This document shows positions 63,020 through 64,000 of a stretch of 64,000 bases of DNA, piece after piece. The notes beneath the pieces are model-generated. The model saw only the letters and a list, made by a program, of their open reading frames with translations. It was not told the origin of the DNA and did not search any database. Positions within the stretch are counted from its first letter, which is position 1. Each line of letters starts with the position of its first letter. Position numbers and translations under genes: made by a program. Source of the stretch: Pristiophorus japonicus (Eukaryota). The stretch is taken from the NCBI RefSeq assembly GCF_044704955.1, contig NC_091999.1, positions 60,140,001-60,204,000 of the forward strand, written 5' to 3'.

Positions 63020-64000
63020 GCATAGAAAGTAGGTGCAGGAGTAGGCCATTCAGTCCTTCGAGCCTGCACCACCATGCAACAGGATCATGGCTGATCATTC
63101 ACCTCAGTACCCCTTTCCTGCTTTCGCTCTATATCCCTTGATCCCTTTCGCCGTAAGGGCCATATCTAACTTCCCCTTGAATATATCAAATGAACTGGCA
63201 TCAACAACTCTCTGCGGTAGGGAATTCCACAGGTTAACAACTCTGAGTGAAGAAGTTTCTCCTCATCTCAGTCCTAGATGGCCTACCCCTTATCCTTGGA
63301 CTATGTTCCCAAGTTCTGGACTTCCGCAACATCGGGAACATTCTTCCTGCATCTCACCTGTCCAGTCCCGTCAGAATTTTCTATATATCTATGAGAACCC
63401 CTCTCATCCTTCTAAACACGAGTGAATACAGGCCCAGTGAATCTAGTTTCTCCTCATATGTCAGTCCTGCCATCCTGGGAATCAATCTGGTGAAACTTCG
63501 CTACACTCCCTCAATAGCAAGAACGTCCTTCCTCAGATTAGGAGAACAAAACTGAACACAATATTCCAGGTGAGGCCGCACTACGGCCCTGTACAACTGC
63601 AGTAAGACCTCCCTGTCCCTATACTCAAATCCCCTCGCTATGAAGGCCAACAAAGCATTTGCCTTTTTCACCGCCTGCTGAACCTGCATGCTAACTTTCA
63701 ATGACTGATGTACCATGACACCCAGGTCTCGCTGCACCTCCCCTTTTCCTAATCTGCCATCATTCAGATAATATTCTGCCTTCGTGTTTTTGCCACGAAA
63801 GTGAATAACCTCACCTTATACTGCATCTGCCACGTGTTTGCCCATTCACCTAACCTGTCCAAGTCACCCTGCAGCCTTTTAGCGTCCTCCTCACAGCTCA
63901 CACTGCCACCCAGCTTAGTATCATCTGCAAACTAGGAGATATTGCACTCAATTCCTTCATCCAAATCATTAATATATATTGTAAATAGCTGTGGTCCTAG
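63020..64000 (-). mobile_element. CR1 3' portion running off the window end
   Basis: CATAGAAA tail; QRDLGVMVHQSLKVS..HLEYCVQF. Confidence 0.92.

Overview
Vertebrate genomic DNA, almost certainly from a cartilaginous fish (shark-type IgM constant exons, shark-type CR1 LINEs, Deu-type SINEs and C2H2 ZNF genes). Layout: (1) 1-1.3 kb, a decayed endogenous retrovirus with an RT thumb and an env resembling a class I (F-type) fusion protein; (2) 4.6-22.8 kb, a decaying minus-strand tandem tRNA array (7 Leu-TAA, 4 Ser, 5 Asp-GTC-derived copies) whose unit also holds an old SINE and a GA-rich spacer, interrupted by CR1s; (3) 23.2-28 kb, an orphan IgM heavy-chain constant region with a wrecked CH1 but open, correctly spliced CH2, CH3 and CH4/secretory exons, three reference cysteines substituted, and no V/D/J or TM exons in the window; (4) 28.2-62.3 kb, a C2H2 zinc-finger cluster (three disrupted copies, two of them in a ~5 kb segmental duplication with 10 vs 3 fingers), CpG-island promoter modules, several minisatellites, many CR1/L2 fragments and a second F-like env relic at 56.7-57.9 kb. 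Family assignments come from manual reading and recalled reference sequences; no searches were run.
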